Assembly: GCA_963667035.1 (NCBI GenBank)
Contig: OY762964.1
Coordinates: forward strand, 1,120,001 to 1,184,000
Length of the DNA: 64,000 bases
Direction: 5' to 3'
Source of the DNA: Candidatus Cloacimonadales bacterium
GTDB taxonomy: Bacteria > Cloacimonadota > Cloacimonadia > Cloacimonadales > JAFGVF01
Below are positions 53,313-63,271 of this stretch, one piece after another. The notes below the pieces were generated by a model that made no database searches, was not told where the DNA came from, and saw nothing but the letters and a program-made list of their open reading frames with translations. The first letter of the stretch is position 1; the number at the start of each line of letters is the position of its first letter. A program made the position numbers and the translations under genes.

Positions 53313-56135
53313 ATGAAAGAAAATATTATTATTAAAGGTGCTAGTGAACATAATCTAAAGAAGATTGATGTTGTGATACCCAGAAACAAACTAGTAGTTT
53401 TTACCGGTGTTTCGGGATCAGGAAAATCCTCCTTAGCATTTGATACATTGTATGCCGAAGGACAAAGGCGATATGTTGAATCATTATCTGCTTATGCAAG
53501 ACAATTTTTAGGACAGATGGAGAAACCAAAAGTTGATTATATCGAAGGGTTATCTCCTGCAATTTCAATTGAACAGAAAGCCGCTAGTAAGAATCCTCGT
53601 TCAACTGTAGGTACAGTTACTGAAATATATGATTACCTTAGAATTCTTTTTGCTAGAATAGGTGTTCAGCATTGTCCACAATGCGGTAAAGAGATTGGTG
53701 CTCAATCCATAGACCAAATGATTTCTCATGTTATGCAGCATGGTATGAAAACAAAGCTTCAAATTCTTGCTCCATTAGTGCAAAATCGTAAAGGAACTCA
53801 TGCTGAGATTATAGAGGAAGTTAAAAATGAGGGTTTTGCGAGAATAAAAATTAATGGTGTTGTGAGACAATTGGATGAAGAGATAGTTCTGGATAAAAAA
53901 AGTAAGCATACAATAGAAGTAGTAGTCGATAGATTAGTTCTCAAAGAAGGTATAGAAGGTCGTTTAACCGATTCACTTGAGACAGCGTTGAAACTTGCTG
54001 AAGGTGTTGTTAAAATAGATTATGTTGAAGAGAAAAAAGAGGAATTATTATCTGAACAATATGCATGTTCTGATTGCGGAATAGGGTTTGAAGAGTTGTC
54101 TCCTCAACACTTTTCTTTTAATAGCCCTATAGGTGCTTGCCCGGAATGTAACGGATTAGGATATAAGCTTGAAATAGACCCTGAGCTTGTTATCCCGAAT
54201 CCTAAACTTTCGCTTAGGAAAGGTGCTGTTGCTGCTTGGGGACCTTTAGGTAAGAAAACAGATAGTTGGACATACCAACAGATTCTTACCTATGCTAAAG
54301 AGTTAGATTTTTCGTTGGATACTCCCTGGAAAGACTTACCTGCTGTTATTCAAGATTTCCTATTATATGGGAAAAAAAGAAAGAAGTTTAGAGTTAAATG
54401 GGAGCGTAACGGTTCTGTTTATGAGTTTGATTCCAGACATGAAGGAGTTATGAATACTTTATCAAGAAGGATGAAAGAAACTCAGTCAGAGGGTGCCAGA
54501 CGATACTATATGAGATATGTTAGTGATAAACCATGTTCAGTATGCGGAGGAACCAAACTTAAACCTCAAAGTCGTTCTGTATTGATTAATGGAAAGAATA
54601 TAAATGATGTTACTTCTATGACAATTGAAGAAGCTGAGAGTTTTTTCTCAAATTTGGAGTTGGAAGGAAACAGACTGTTAATTGCTGAAGAAGTTTTAAA
54701 AGAAATTAATGCTCGTTTAGGATTCTTAATGTCAGTTGGGCTTCACTATCTTAACTTAGACAGAAGATCTCCAACTTTATCGGGAGGAGAATCTCAAAGA
54801 ATTAGATTAGCAAGTCAGATTGGCTCTCAACTCGTTGGTGTTATGTATATTTTGGATGAGCCAAGTATTGGTCTTCATCAAAGAGACAATGACAGATTAA
54901 TTAACATGCTAACAAAACTAAGAGATTTAGGAAACACTGTTATTGTTGTTGAACATGATGAAGATACTATAAGAACTGCAGATGAAGTAGTAGATTTCGG
55001 GCCTCGTGCCGGTGTTTATGGTGGTAGTATAGTAGCACAAGGTCCTTTGAAGAAATTGCTACTCAGTAAAGAATCATTGACTGGACAGTACTTGAGTGGT
55101 AAGCTTAAAATAGATGTTCCAAAAACTAGAATACAACCCGGTGAACATAAACTAATTGTAAAAGGTGCTAACCATAATAATCTTAAAAATATTGATGTTG
55201 AAATCCCATTAGGAATGTTTGTTTGTATAACCGGTGTTTCCGGTTCAGGTAAAAGCTCACTAGTTAATCAAACTCTTTTCCCTGCTTTAAATAATCATTT
55301 CTATAAGTCATCTCTTAAAATCGGTAAACATGAGGAGATCTTAGGACTTGAGCATATAGACAAGATTATCAGCATAGACCAACAACCAATTGGAAGGACC
55401 CCACGTTCAAATCCTTCAACATACATTAAACTTTTTGACCATATTCGTAATCTTTTTGCTGAGTTACCGGCTTCAAAGATTAGAGGTTACAAACCAGGTA
55501 GGTTCTCATTCAATGTTAAGGGTGGAAGATGTGAGTCATGTCAGGGAGCAGGGGTTAAGCAAATCGAAATGCACTTTCTTTCGGATGTGTTTGTAACTTG
55601 TGAAGTCTGTAAGGGTAAAAGATATAATAACGAGACACTTACAGTAAAGTATAAAGGCTTAAACATTTCCGAAGTATTAGGTTTAGATGTTCAAGAAGCT
55701 ATTGAATACTTCGAGAATTTTCCTGCTATTAAAAGAAAATTACAAACTTTACATGATGTTGGACTGGATTATGTTAAATTAGGACAACCTTCTACAACTC
55801 TTTCCGGGGGAGAAGCTCAAAGAATCAAACTTGCTAAAGAGCTTAGTAAGACAAGTACTGGTAATACGCTGTATGTCTTAGACGAACCGACTACCGGATT
55901 ACATTTTGATGATATCAACAGATTAATGAAAGTTTTGCAGAGACTTGTTGCTATGGGTAACAGTGTTATTGTGATCGAGCATAATATGGACGTTATAAAA
56001 ACAGCTGACTACATAATTGATTTAGGACCTGAGGGAGGAGATGGTGGTGGGACTATTGTCACAACAGGAACTCCTGAAGAAGTTGCTAAGTGTAGAAAAT
56101 CATATACAGGCAAATATTTAAAGAAACATTTATAG
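53313..56135 (+). CDS. uvrA: Excinuclease ABC subunit A
   Basis: Two [11 protein letters not shown]-loops, zinc fingers and two LSGGE signatures. Confidence 0.99.
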   Translation: MKENIIIKGASEHNLKKIDVVIPRNKLVVFTGVSGSGKSSLAFDTLYAEGQRRYVESLSAYARQFLGQMEKPKVDYIEGLSPAISIEQKAASKNPRSTVGTVTEIYDYLRILFARIGVQHCPQCGKEIGAQSIDQMISHVMQHGMKTKLQILAPLVQNRKGTHAEIIEEVKNEGFARIKINGVVRQLDEEIVLDKKSKHTIEVVVDRLVLKEGIEGRLTDSLETALKLAEGVVKIDYVEEKKEELLSEQYACSDCGIGFEELSPQHFSFNSPIGACPECNGLGYKLEIDPELVIPNPKLSLRKGAVAAWGPLGKKTDSWTYQQILTYAKELDFSLDTPWKDLPAVIQDFLLYGKKRKKFRVKWERNGSVYEFDSRHEGVMNTLSRRMKETQSEGARRYYMRYVSDKPCSVCGGTKLKPQSRSVLINGKNINDVTSMTIEEAESFFSNLELEGNRLLIAEEVLKEINARLGFLMSVGLHYLNLDRRSPTLSGGESQRIRLASQIGSQLVGVMYILDEPSIGLHQRDNDRLINMLTKLRDLGNTVIVVEHDEDTIRTADEVVDFGPRAGVYGGSIVAQGPLKKLLLSKESLTGQYLSGKLKIDVPKTRIQPGEHKLIVKGANHNNLKNIDVEIPLGMFVCITGVSGSGKSSLVNQTLFPALNNHFYKSSLKIGKHEEILGLEHIDKIISIDQQPIGRTPRSNPSTYIKLFDHIRNLFAELPASKIRGYKPGRFSFNVKGGRCESCQGAGVKQIEMHFLSDVFVTCEVCKGKRYNNETLTVKYKGLNISEVLGLDVQEAIEYFENFPAIKRKLQTLHDVGLDYVKLGQPSTTLSGGEAQRIKLAKELSKTSTGNTLYVLDEPTTGLHFDDINRLMKVLQRLVAMGNSVIVIEHNMDVIKTADYIIDLGPEGGDGGGTIVTTGTPEEVAKCRKSYTGKYLKKHL

Positions 56136-56155
56136 ATAAGATTTAGGAGAGATTA

Positions 56156-57103
56156 ATGCTCAGCTTTGTAAAAAAACTTAAGAGTAAACTCGCAAAAACC
56201 AAGAGCAGTTTTGTAGGGAAGATAGCGGAAACCATTAAGCTTCGCGGAAAAGTTGATGAAGAGTTAATGGAGGAACTTGAAGAGATACTCATTCGTTCCG
56301 ATGTTGGTGTTAATATGAGTATTGAGATAATTGAGAAGTTAAGAGAGGAGATTCGTTATCATAAATATACAGACTCGGATGATGTTCTTAATGCTTTGCA
56401 AAAGATAATGGGAGATCTACTCTTAAAGGATTACGAAAATCTGCCAACTCATTTCAATATTGAAAGTAAGAAACCCTTTATTTTTCTCTTTATAGGAGTA
56501 AATGGAGTAGGGAAAACAACCACAATAGGTAAATTGGCCAGTAGATATGCAAAAGAAGGTAAGAAAGTTATGCTTGTGGCCGGCGACACTTTCAGAGCAG
56601 CTGCTATTGAACAGTTAACCATATGGTCAGAGCGTTCGGGTGTTACTATTGTGAAAAGAGAACAAGATGCCGACCCTTCGTCTGTTGTTTATGACGGAAT
56701 TGCCTCAGCAATAAGCAAAAACTATGATATTGTTCTCATAGATACTGCAGGTAGACAGCATAATAAAGTTAATCTTATGAACGAACTCAACAAAATTGAG
56801 CGAACAATTAAGAAGCTTGTACCCGAAGGGCCAACAGAGACAATTCTTGTTGTTGATGCTACTACTGGACAGAATGCAGTAACTCAAGCAAAGACTTTCA
56901 ATAAGGTTGTTGAACTTAGTGGTTTAGCTCTTACAAAGATGGATGGAACTGCTAAAGGCGGTGTAGTTCTTGGTATAAAACATGAGCTTAATATTCCGAT
57001 TAGACTTATTGGCATTGGTGAAGGCATTGATGATTTAAAAGATTTTGATGTAAAAGATTTTGTTGAGGCTATGTTTACTCAGGACAGTAGGGAAGAGGAA
57101 TGA
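56156..57103 (+). CDS. ftsY: Signal recognition particle receptor FtsY
   Basis: GVNGVGKTTT, DTFRAAA, DTAGR and TKMDGTAKGG. Confidence 0.98.
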   Translation: MLSFVKKLKSKLAKTKSSFVGKIAETIKLRGKVDEELMEELEEILIRSDVGVNMSIEIIEKLREEIRYHKYTDSDDVLNALQKIMGDLLLKDYENLPTHFNIESKKPFIFLFIGVNGVGKTTTIGKLASRYAKEGKKVMLVAGDTFRAAAIEQLTIWSERSGVTIVKREQDADPSSVVYDGIASAISKNYDIVLIDTAGRQHNKVNLMNELNKIERTIKKLVPEGPTETILVVDATTGQNAVTQAKTFNKVVELSGLALTKMDGTAKGGVVLGIKHELNIPIRLIGIGEGIDDLKDFDVKDFVEAMFTQDSREEE

Positions 57104-57657
57104 AGAAGTACATTCTGATTTTCTTAACGGTTCTTGCTGTTTCATCTCTTTTTGCTGTTTCCGGATTGAGAGAAAGTATAATACAAGGTCTGGAATCGCA
57201 TAATCTTGATCCCAGACTTATAACGGTCATTATTTCAATGCTTCCGATTATTGAGTTGAGAGGTGCAATACCGGTGGCTATATTGATGTTTGGACTACCT
57301 TGGTACGAAGCAGTAATCTGGGCAATAGTCGGTAATATGATACCTATTCCTATTCTAATATTGTTTATTGGTTGGTTAGACAAAATAGCTCATAAATTGC
57401 CTGTTTTAAGAAGATTCTTGGATTGGTTGTTTACCAGAACAAGAAGAAAAGGTAAGTCTATTGAAGTTTATAAAGAAATCGGATTAACTCTTTTTGTTGC
57501 AGTACCACTACCTGTTACAGGTGCTTGGACAGGAGCTATGGCGTGTTATCTTTTCGGCTTAAAGTTTTGGAAATCAATATTATGTATCCTAGCCGGGGTT
57601 CTGATTGCTTCAGGTATTATGACTGCATTATCTATGGCAGGTACAATAGCACTATAA
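57100..57657 (+). CDS. COG2426 / putative small multi-drug export membrane protein
   Basis: PIIELRGAIP and FVAVPLPVTGAWTG motifs. Confidence 0.85.
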   Translation: MKKYILIFLTVLAVSSLFAVSGLRESIIQGLESHNLDPRLITVIISMLPIIELRGAIPVAILMFGLPWYEAVIWAIVGNMIPIPILILFIGWLDKIAHKLPVLRRFLDWLFTRTRRKGKSIEVYKEIGLTLFVAVPLPVTGAWTGAMACYLFGLKFWKSILCILAGVLIASGIMTALSMAGTIAL

Positions 57658-57674
57658 TTCATAGCATACAGCTT

Positions 57675-57726
57675 AAACAAAACTGACCGGTTAAGTATGA
57701 TATACTACCAGTCAGTTTTTGTTTTT
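57675..57726 (+). terminator. Probable terminator hairpin
   Basis: AAAACTGAC...GTCAGTTTT followed by a T-rich tail. Confidence 0.65.
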
Positions 57727-58234
57727 GGATTTATTGAAACATATCCCACTTGATAGCCTTACTAATGGAGTACCAAACCACTGCTCGTACGATTTGTGCA
57801 TGAATTATCCATGGCTAAATCTTGGATTAAACAATGCTTCCACTCAATTACAATAGCATTATGCAAGAATTCAATTAAATGAGAGATAAATAATAGAGAA
57901 ATTATCATAGGATTCTTAGTAAATAAAATCCTATTCAGATAGTATGATTTTCTGCTAATTCAAGGATTTAGTATGAATTTATTGAATAATAATCAGGACA
58001 AAAAAGCGGATATAGGAAGTTATAAGAATATGTTAAGGACTCCATTTGATATTCATGTAATTCATACCTAAAAAAGTTAGGAGATACTGACATTTGTTGT
58101 TAGTGTCACAGATCATAGTAAAAGCTATATTAAATATGAATTTATGGTTGACAATTATATGTAAAACGTCTCATTTGTACAAAATTTCTCAATTAAGAAA
58201 TAAAAATCTAACTTCAACAAAAAACGGAGGTTGA

Positions 58235-58603
58235 TTGATGAAAACCTTAGAAGAATTAAGAAAGATTCGTGAGAAAGCTCAGGCAGATATGAAACTGCGT
58301 GGATCAAACACGAGAGTCAAAGTAATTGTAGGAATGGGAACATCCGGAATCGCCATGGGTGCCCGTGAAGTTATGAAAACTTTCCTTGATGAAGTCGGTA
58401 AACGCAATTTAAGTGATGTTCAAGTAACACAGACCGGAGAAAAAGGTCTTACTTCAATGGAACCTGTTGTAGATATCGTAGAAGATGGAAAGTCTATTGT
58501 AACTTACGGTGAAATGAACCCGGAAAAAGTTTTAAGAGTTATCGAAGAACACATTATCAACGGTAACGTTGTAAATGAATTCGTTGTTACAGTTGATAAA
58601 TAG
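58235..58603 (+). CDS. HndB/HydD-like thioredoxin-fold hydrogenase subunit lacking all cysteines
   Basis: KTLEELRKIRE, VIVGMGTSGIAMGA, QTGEKG...EPVV and EEHIING; first gene of the hydrogenase operon. Confidence 0.85.
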   Translation: MMKTLEELRKIREKAQADMKLRGSNTRVKVIVGMGTSGIAMGAREVMKTFLDEVGKRNLSDVQVTQTGEKGLTSMEPVVDIVEDGKSIVTYGEMNPEKVLRVIEEHIINGNVVNEFVVTVDK

Positions 58604-58618
58604 GGTAAAAAAGGAAGA

Positions 58619-59080
58619 ATGTGTATGTACGAAGAAATTTTTGCCAAATATGAACCAACCAAAGACAATTTGATTTACATCCTGCATGATATTCAGGATG
58701 CACATCCTCAACAGTATCTTAGTGAAGATGCTGTACAGAGAGTATCAGAGTATTTGAATGTGCCTGTTAACCATATCTATGGGGTGATTACTTTCTACGG
58801 CATGTATAGTACAAAGCCACGTGGAAAATTCATTGTTCGCCTTTGCGAGTCACCACCATGTTATCTTAAAGGATCAGACAATATCTACAAAAAGCTTAAA
58901 ACCGTTCTTGGTGTAAAAGCCGGAGAAACAACTGCTGACGGAATGTTCACTTTAGAATTCTGTGCATGTTTAGGTGTTTGTGGTAATGCTCCTGTAATGA
59001 TGGTTAATGAAGATGTATACGGTAATTTGACTGAAGATTCAGTAGAAAAGATTATCGAAAAAATCAGAGGAGGCAACTAA
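58619..59080 (+). CDS. NuoE/HndA-like [2Fe-2S] subunit (HydC)
   Basis: CESPPC and CLGVCGNAP ligands. Confidence 0.93.
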   Translation: MCMYEEIFAKYEPTKDNLIYILHDIQDAHPQQYLSEDAVQRVSEYLNVPVNHIYGVITFYGMYSTKPRGKFIVRLCESPPCYLKGSDNIYKKLKTVLGVKAGETTADGMFTLEFCACLGVCGNAPVMMVNEDVYGNLTEDSVEKIIEKIRGGN

Positions 59081-60642
59081 TGAAATACTATCGCTCTCAT
59101 GTCCTTATCGGTATCAGTGATACCGCATTAAAAGCCGGAGTGAAAGAATTTGAAACTGCTCTCCGCAATGAGATATCCAACAAAAATCTCCAAGATGAAA
59201 TCAATCTTCTAGAAACAGGTCCGTTAGGATTTTTTGGAAAAGGAATCTGTATGACTGTTTATCCGGAGAATATACAGTATACAAACGTTAAAGTTGAAGA
59301 TATTCCTGAATTGGTAGAAAGCCATTTCCTCAAAGGTCGTCCTCTTAAAAGACTCATGTTTGAAGAGTCTTTGAAAGGTGAAGTTAACTTCAATTATGAT
59401 AACCGTATAGTTTTGAAAAACTCAGGTATCATTGATCCTGAGAATATTGAAGAGTATATCGGAGCCGGTGGATACATGGCTCTTGAAAAAGCTCTTCTTG
59501 AAATGAAACCTACTGACGTTATTGACGTTGTAAAAGCATCAGGTCTTCGTGGACGTGGCGGTGCAGGTTTCCCAACCGGTCTTAAGTGGAGTTTTACTGC
59601 TCCTATCGAAGCTGAACAAAAATTCATCGTTGTTAATGCTGACGAAGGTGAACCCGGAACTTTCAAAGATCGTTTGATTATGGAAGGTGACCCACATATC
59701 CTTCTTGAAGGTATTGCTCTTGCCGCTTATGCTGTTGGTGCTTCAAAAGCCTTCATCTATATCCGTGGTGAATATAAGCTTTGTATTGAAAGACTTAGAA
59801 AAGCTATCCTTCAAGCAAATCAATACGGTTTACTTGGAGACAAAATTTTTGATACAGATTTCAGTTTAGAGATTGACATCAAGGTAGGTGCCGGAGCTTA
59901 TGTCTGCGGAGAAGAAACAGCTCTTATCGAATCACTCGAAGGAAACCGTGGTCATCCTCGTTGGAAACCTCCTTTCCCTGGAGTTGAAGGTGTTTGGCAG
60001 AAACCTACAGTTGTAAACAACGTAGAAACTCTTTCAAACGTACCATTCATCATTAAGAATGGTGCTGAAGCTTATCTTGCTCATGGACCTGCTAAGAGTT
60101 CAGGAACTAAGGTTTACACACTAATGGGCGATATTGCTCGTCCGGGTCTTTGTGAAGTTGATATGGGAACACCATTACGTACTATCATTAATGAGTTTGG
60201 TGGCGGAATGAAGAAAGGTATCAAATTCAAAGCTGCTCTTGTTGGTGGTGCTGCAGGTGTATTCCTTTCAGATCGCCTTCTTGATGTTAATATGGATTTT
60301 GAAAGTCTCAAAGAATATGCTGCGGTTTTAGGTTCAGGAGCTGTTCTTGTGATGAATGAAAATACAGACATAGTTGATATGCTTTGGTCTGTTCTTCGTT
60401 TCTTCAGACACGAATCATGTGGAAAGTGTTCTCCATGTAAATTAGGTACAGCCCTTCTTTATGACTTAATCACTAAGATTAAGAAAGGTGAAGGAACAAT
60501 GGCAGATCTTGATCAAATGGTATCTATAGCAGATATGATGCAGAAAACATCTTTCTGTGCCTTAGGTCAATCTCCTATCATGCCTATAAAGAGTGCACTA
60601 GATAATTTCCGCTACGAATTTGAAGCAAGATTAAATAAATAG
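59080..60642 (+). CDS. NuoF/HndC-like NADH/FMN-binding subunit (HydB)
   Basis: GLRGRGGAGFPTG, NADEGEPGTFKD, GAGAYVCGEE and ESCGKCSPC...C. Confidence 0.95.
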   Translation: MKYYRSHVLIGISDTALKAGVKEFETALRNEISNKNLQDEINLLETGPLGFFGKGICMTVYPENIQYTNVKVEDIPELVESHFLKGRPLKRLMFEESLKGEVNFNYDNRIVLKNSGIIDPENIEEYIGAGGYMALEKALLEMKPTDVIDVVKASGLRGRGGAGFPTGLKWSFTAPIEAEQKFIVVNADEGEPGTFKDRLIMEGDPHILLEGIALAAYAVGASKAFIYIRGEYKLCIERLRKAILQANQYGLLGDKIFDTDFSLEIDIKVGAGAYVCGEETALIESLEGNRGHPRWKPPFPGVEGVWQKPTVVNNVETLSNVPFIIKNGAEAYLAHGPAKSSGTKVYTLMGDIARPGLCEVDMGTPLRTIINEFGGGMKKGIKFKAALVGGAAGVFLSDRLLDVNMDFESLKEYAAVLGSGAVLVMNENTDIVDMLWSVLRFFRHESCGKCSPCKLGTALLYDLITKIKKGEGTMADLDQMVSIADMMQKTSFCALGQSPIMPIKSALDNFRYEFEARLNK

Positions 60643-60659
60643 ATTATGGAGGAAAAGTA

Positions 60660-62441
60660 ATGGCTAATATGGTAAAAGCCTGGATTGACGGTATTCAAGT
60701 AGAAGTAGAACAGGGAACTACTATAATTGATGCTGCTGCTAAAGCAGGTGTAGCTGTCCCTAAATTATGCTACCATCCTGACTTACCACCTACAGCTAAT
60801 TGTGGTGTATGTGTTGTTGAGATTGAGAATTCTCCTCTCAAAAGAGCATGTTGCACTCCACTTGCTGAAGGAATGAAAATCAAAACAAACTCAAAGAAAC
60901 TCAGAGATTATCGTAAGACTCTCGTAGAGTTAATTCTTGCTAATCACGAAGTTGTATGCCCTACTTGTGAAGCAAATAACAAATGTGACTTACAGTCTCT
61001 TGCTAATAATCTTCACTGTGATATGCACAATATTCCAAACATGCAGAAAAAACGTTCTGTTGATGAAGCTAGTCCTTCAATAGTTAGAGACATGAACAAA
61101 TGTATTGCTTGTGGTCGTTGTGTAACAGTATGTAACGATATCCAGCAAGTTTATGCATTAACATTCTCAGAACGCGGTTTCAAGAGTGTTGTTACAACTG
61201 CCTTTGATAAAGGTATGGCTGACAGCCCATGTGTAAACTGTGGTCAATGTACTGTTTATTGTCCTACCGGTGCTCTTCGTGAAAAGAATGACATCGATAA
61301 GGTTTGGGATGCTATTCTTGATCCTACCAAACATGTTATCGTTCAGGAAGCTCCATCAATCCGTGTTGCTCTTGCAGAAGAATTCGGAATGGAACCCGGA
61401 CTTGCTACTCCCGGTAAAATGTATGCAGCTCTTAAAGCTATTGGTTTTGATTCTGTTATGGATACAAATTTCACTGCTGACCTCACTATCCTTGAAGAAG
61501 GAACTGAGCTTGTAAACAGAGTTAAAGAGGGTGGACCACTTCCTTTAATCACTTCCTGTTCTCCGGGTTGGGTTAAATTTATGGAAACTTACTACCCTCA
61601 CTTAGCTTCAAACGTTTCTACTGCAAAATCACCAATGTCTATGTTTGGTGCTCTTGCTAAAACATATTATGCTGAAACAAATAATATCGATCCGGCTACT
61701 ATCGTTAGCGTTGCTGTAATGCCATGTACAGCTAAGAAATTCGAAGCTCAGCGTCCTGAACTTAGTGACTCAGGTTATCAAGATACTGATTATGTTCTTA
61801 CAACTAGAGAATTTATTAGAATGATTAACGAATGTGGTATTGATTTCAAGAACGTTGAGCCTATCAATGCTGATGAAGGTATGAGCTTCTACACCGGTGC
61901 AGGTACTATTTTTGGTGCTACCGGTGGTGTTATGGAAGCTGCTCTTCGCTCTGCTTGGTACCTTATAACTGGTAATGAGCTTGAAAATGTTGAAATAGCT
62001 GCTGTTCGTGGTATGGAAGGAGTTAAAGAAGTAACAATTAACATCCCGGGACTTGGTGATGTTAAATTTGCAGTTGCTCATGGACTCGGAAATGCTAGAA
62101 AAATCATGGATAAAGTTTCACAACAACTTGCTGAAACAGGTAAATCAGAATATACATTTATTGAGATTATGGCATGTAATGGCGGTTGTGTAGGTGGCGG
62201 TGGTCAGCCATTCGGTTCTGACATTGCTCGTCGTGCACGTCGTGGCTTAGGTCTTTATGAAGAGGATAAAAACCTTCCTAACCGTCGCTCACATGAGAAT
62301 CCTGAAGTTGCTAAGTTGTATGAAACTTACATAACTGAAGGACCTTGCTCAGCTAAGTCTCATAAGCTTCTTCATACTAACTACTTCCAACGCTCAGTCT
62401 ATAGTGGTGAAGCAGTTAAAGAAGCTACACATAAACATTAA
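60660..62441 (+). CDS. hydA: [FeFe]-hydrogenase catalytic subunit (group A, HndD/HydA)
   Basis: N-terminal 2Fe-2S, His-ligated 4Fe-4S and 2x4Fe-4S; H-cluster motifs TSCSPGW, MPCTAKKFE and EIMACNGGCVGGGGQP. Confidence 0.97.
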   Translation: MANMVKAWIDGIQVEVEQGTTIIDAAAKAGVAVPKLCYHPDLPPTANCGVCVVEIENSPLKRACCTPLAEGMKIKTNSKKLRDYRKTLVELILANHEVVCPTCEANNKCDLQSLANNLHCDMHNIPNMQKKRSVDEASPSIVRDMNKCIACGRCVTVCNDIQQVYALTFSERGFKSVVTTAFDKGMADSPCVNCGQCTVYCPTGALREKNDIDKVWDAILDPTKHVIVQEAPSIRVALAEEFGMEPGLATPGKMYAALKAIGFDSVMDTNFTADLTILEEGTELVNRVKEGGPLPLITSCSPGWVKFMETYYPHLASNVSTAKSPMSMFGALAKTYYAETNNIDPATIVSVAVMPCTAKKFEAQRPELSDSGYQDTDYVLTTREFIRMINECGIDFKNVEPINADEGMSFYTGAGTIFGATGGVMEAALRSAWYLITGNELENVEIAAVRGMEGVKEVTINIPGLGDVKFAVAHGLGNARKIMDKVSQQLAETGKSEYTFIEIMACNGGCVGGGGQPFGSDIARRARRGLGLYEEDKNLPNRRSHENPEVAKLYETYITEGPCSAKSHKLLHTNYFQRSVYSGEAVKEATHKH

Positions 62442-62464
62442 TCAATAACTGATTATAGATGATG

Positions 62465-62491
62465 GGCTACCCGTAATTGGGTAGCCTTTTT
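62465..62491 (+). terminator. Rho-independent terminator of the hydrogenase operon
   Basis: GGCTACCC-GTAATT-GGGTAGCC followed by TTTTT. Confidence 0.88.
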
Positions 62492-62683
62492 ACTTATTTA
62501 CGATACTTCGTTTCTCGATAATTCTTCTATAGTATTTGATGTCTTTATAATACTTAGCTATGTGATAGATACTACTCAGATTCTTTGTAATACTACCAAA
62601 CTTATGATTATGCTCTTTATCTCAGGTTTTACATATGACCTTTACCAACAAGCCCCTGATTTCTTCTCCTTTTGTTTTTATTT

Positions 62684-62736
62684 GGAACGTGGACATCCTG
62701 TCCGCATGAAGATGCAAGCATGATGCTTGCTCTTCC
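62684..62736. repeat. REPIN-like inverted doublet of short palindromes
   Basis: GGAACGTGGACATCCTGTCCGCAT-GAAG-ATGCAAGCATGATGCTTGCTCTTCC. Confidence 0.6.
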
Positions 62737-62760
62737 GATAATTCATTAATTTACTTCTTC

Positions 62761-62795
62761 CATTTAGCATTTAACATTTATCATTCAGCATTTAT
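62761..62795. repeat. Heptamer tandem repeat, 5 x CATTYAD
   Basis: CATTTAG CATTTAA CATTTAT CATTCAG CATTTAT. Confidence 0.75.
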
Positions 62796-62886
62796 TCTCC
62801 CTCTATATTATATAAATCTGGCTTTTGCCATTTTGACTCTGGTTTTTTCGAAGCTTTTTTATTTTCTCGCTTTTTCCTCTCGTTTT

Positions 62887-63023
62887 TCCCATGAGCAATA
62901 AAGTCTAAATTAAGATATATCACTCCCAAACTTCTCACTAATTTCCAACTCCAAAATCATGTTTTGAGTAAGTGTTGAGTAAGAGATGAGTAAGGATTGA
63001 GTCAATATTGCTCATGGGAGTAG
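62887..63023. repeat. Dispersed element, family B, copy 2, bounded by a 14-bp inverted repeat
   Basis: TCCCATGAGCAATA (62887-62900) / TATTGCTCATGGGA (63006-63019); core near-identical to 34441-34543. Confidence 0.9.
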
Positions 63024-63271
63024 AGTGGGAGTGGAGGTTGATTAGCCAAATCCTTAAAAAGTTGTCAATGGCAGTGAAAAGTGGTACAAAACTGACAACC
63101 TTTAAAAATGACTACTTCAAGATATTTTATTTCAATGGGCGAGAGCCTGGTCAGTGTCCGCCCTTATAGGACGAGTGCAAACCACCAGCTGAGCTAGCGG
63201 TCATGATTAAACTTTAAAATTGACAATAAACATAAAAAGAATATTGTTATTAGAAATATAAAGGGGTTAAT

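Noticed and set aside
63136..63204. c-di-GMP riboswitch or HDV-like ribozyme assignment
   Set aside because: Motif order and helix spacing do not fit either consensus as I recall them, so it is kept only as an unclassified candidate.
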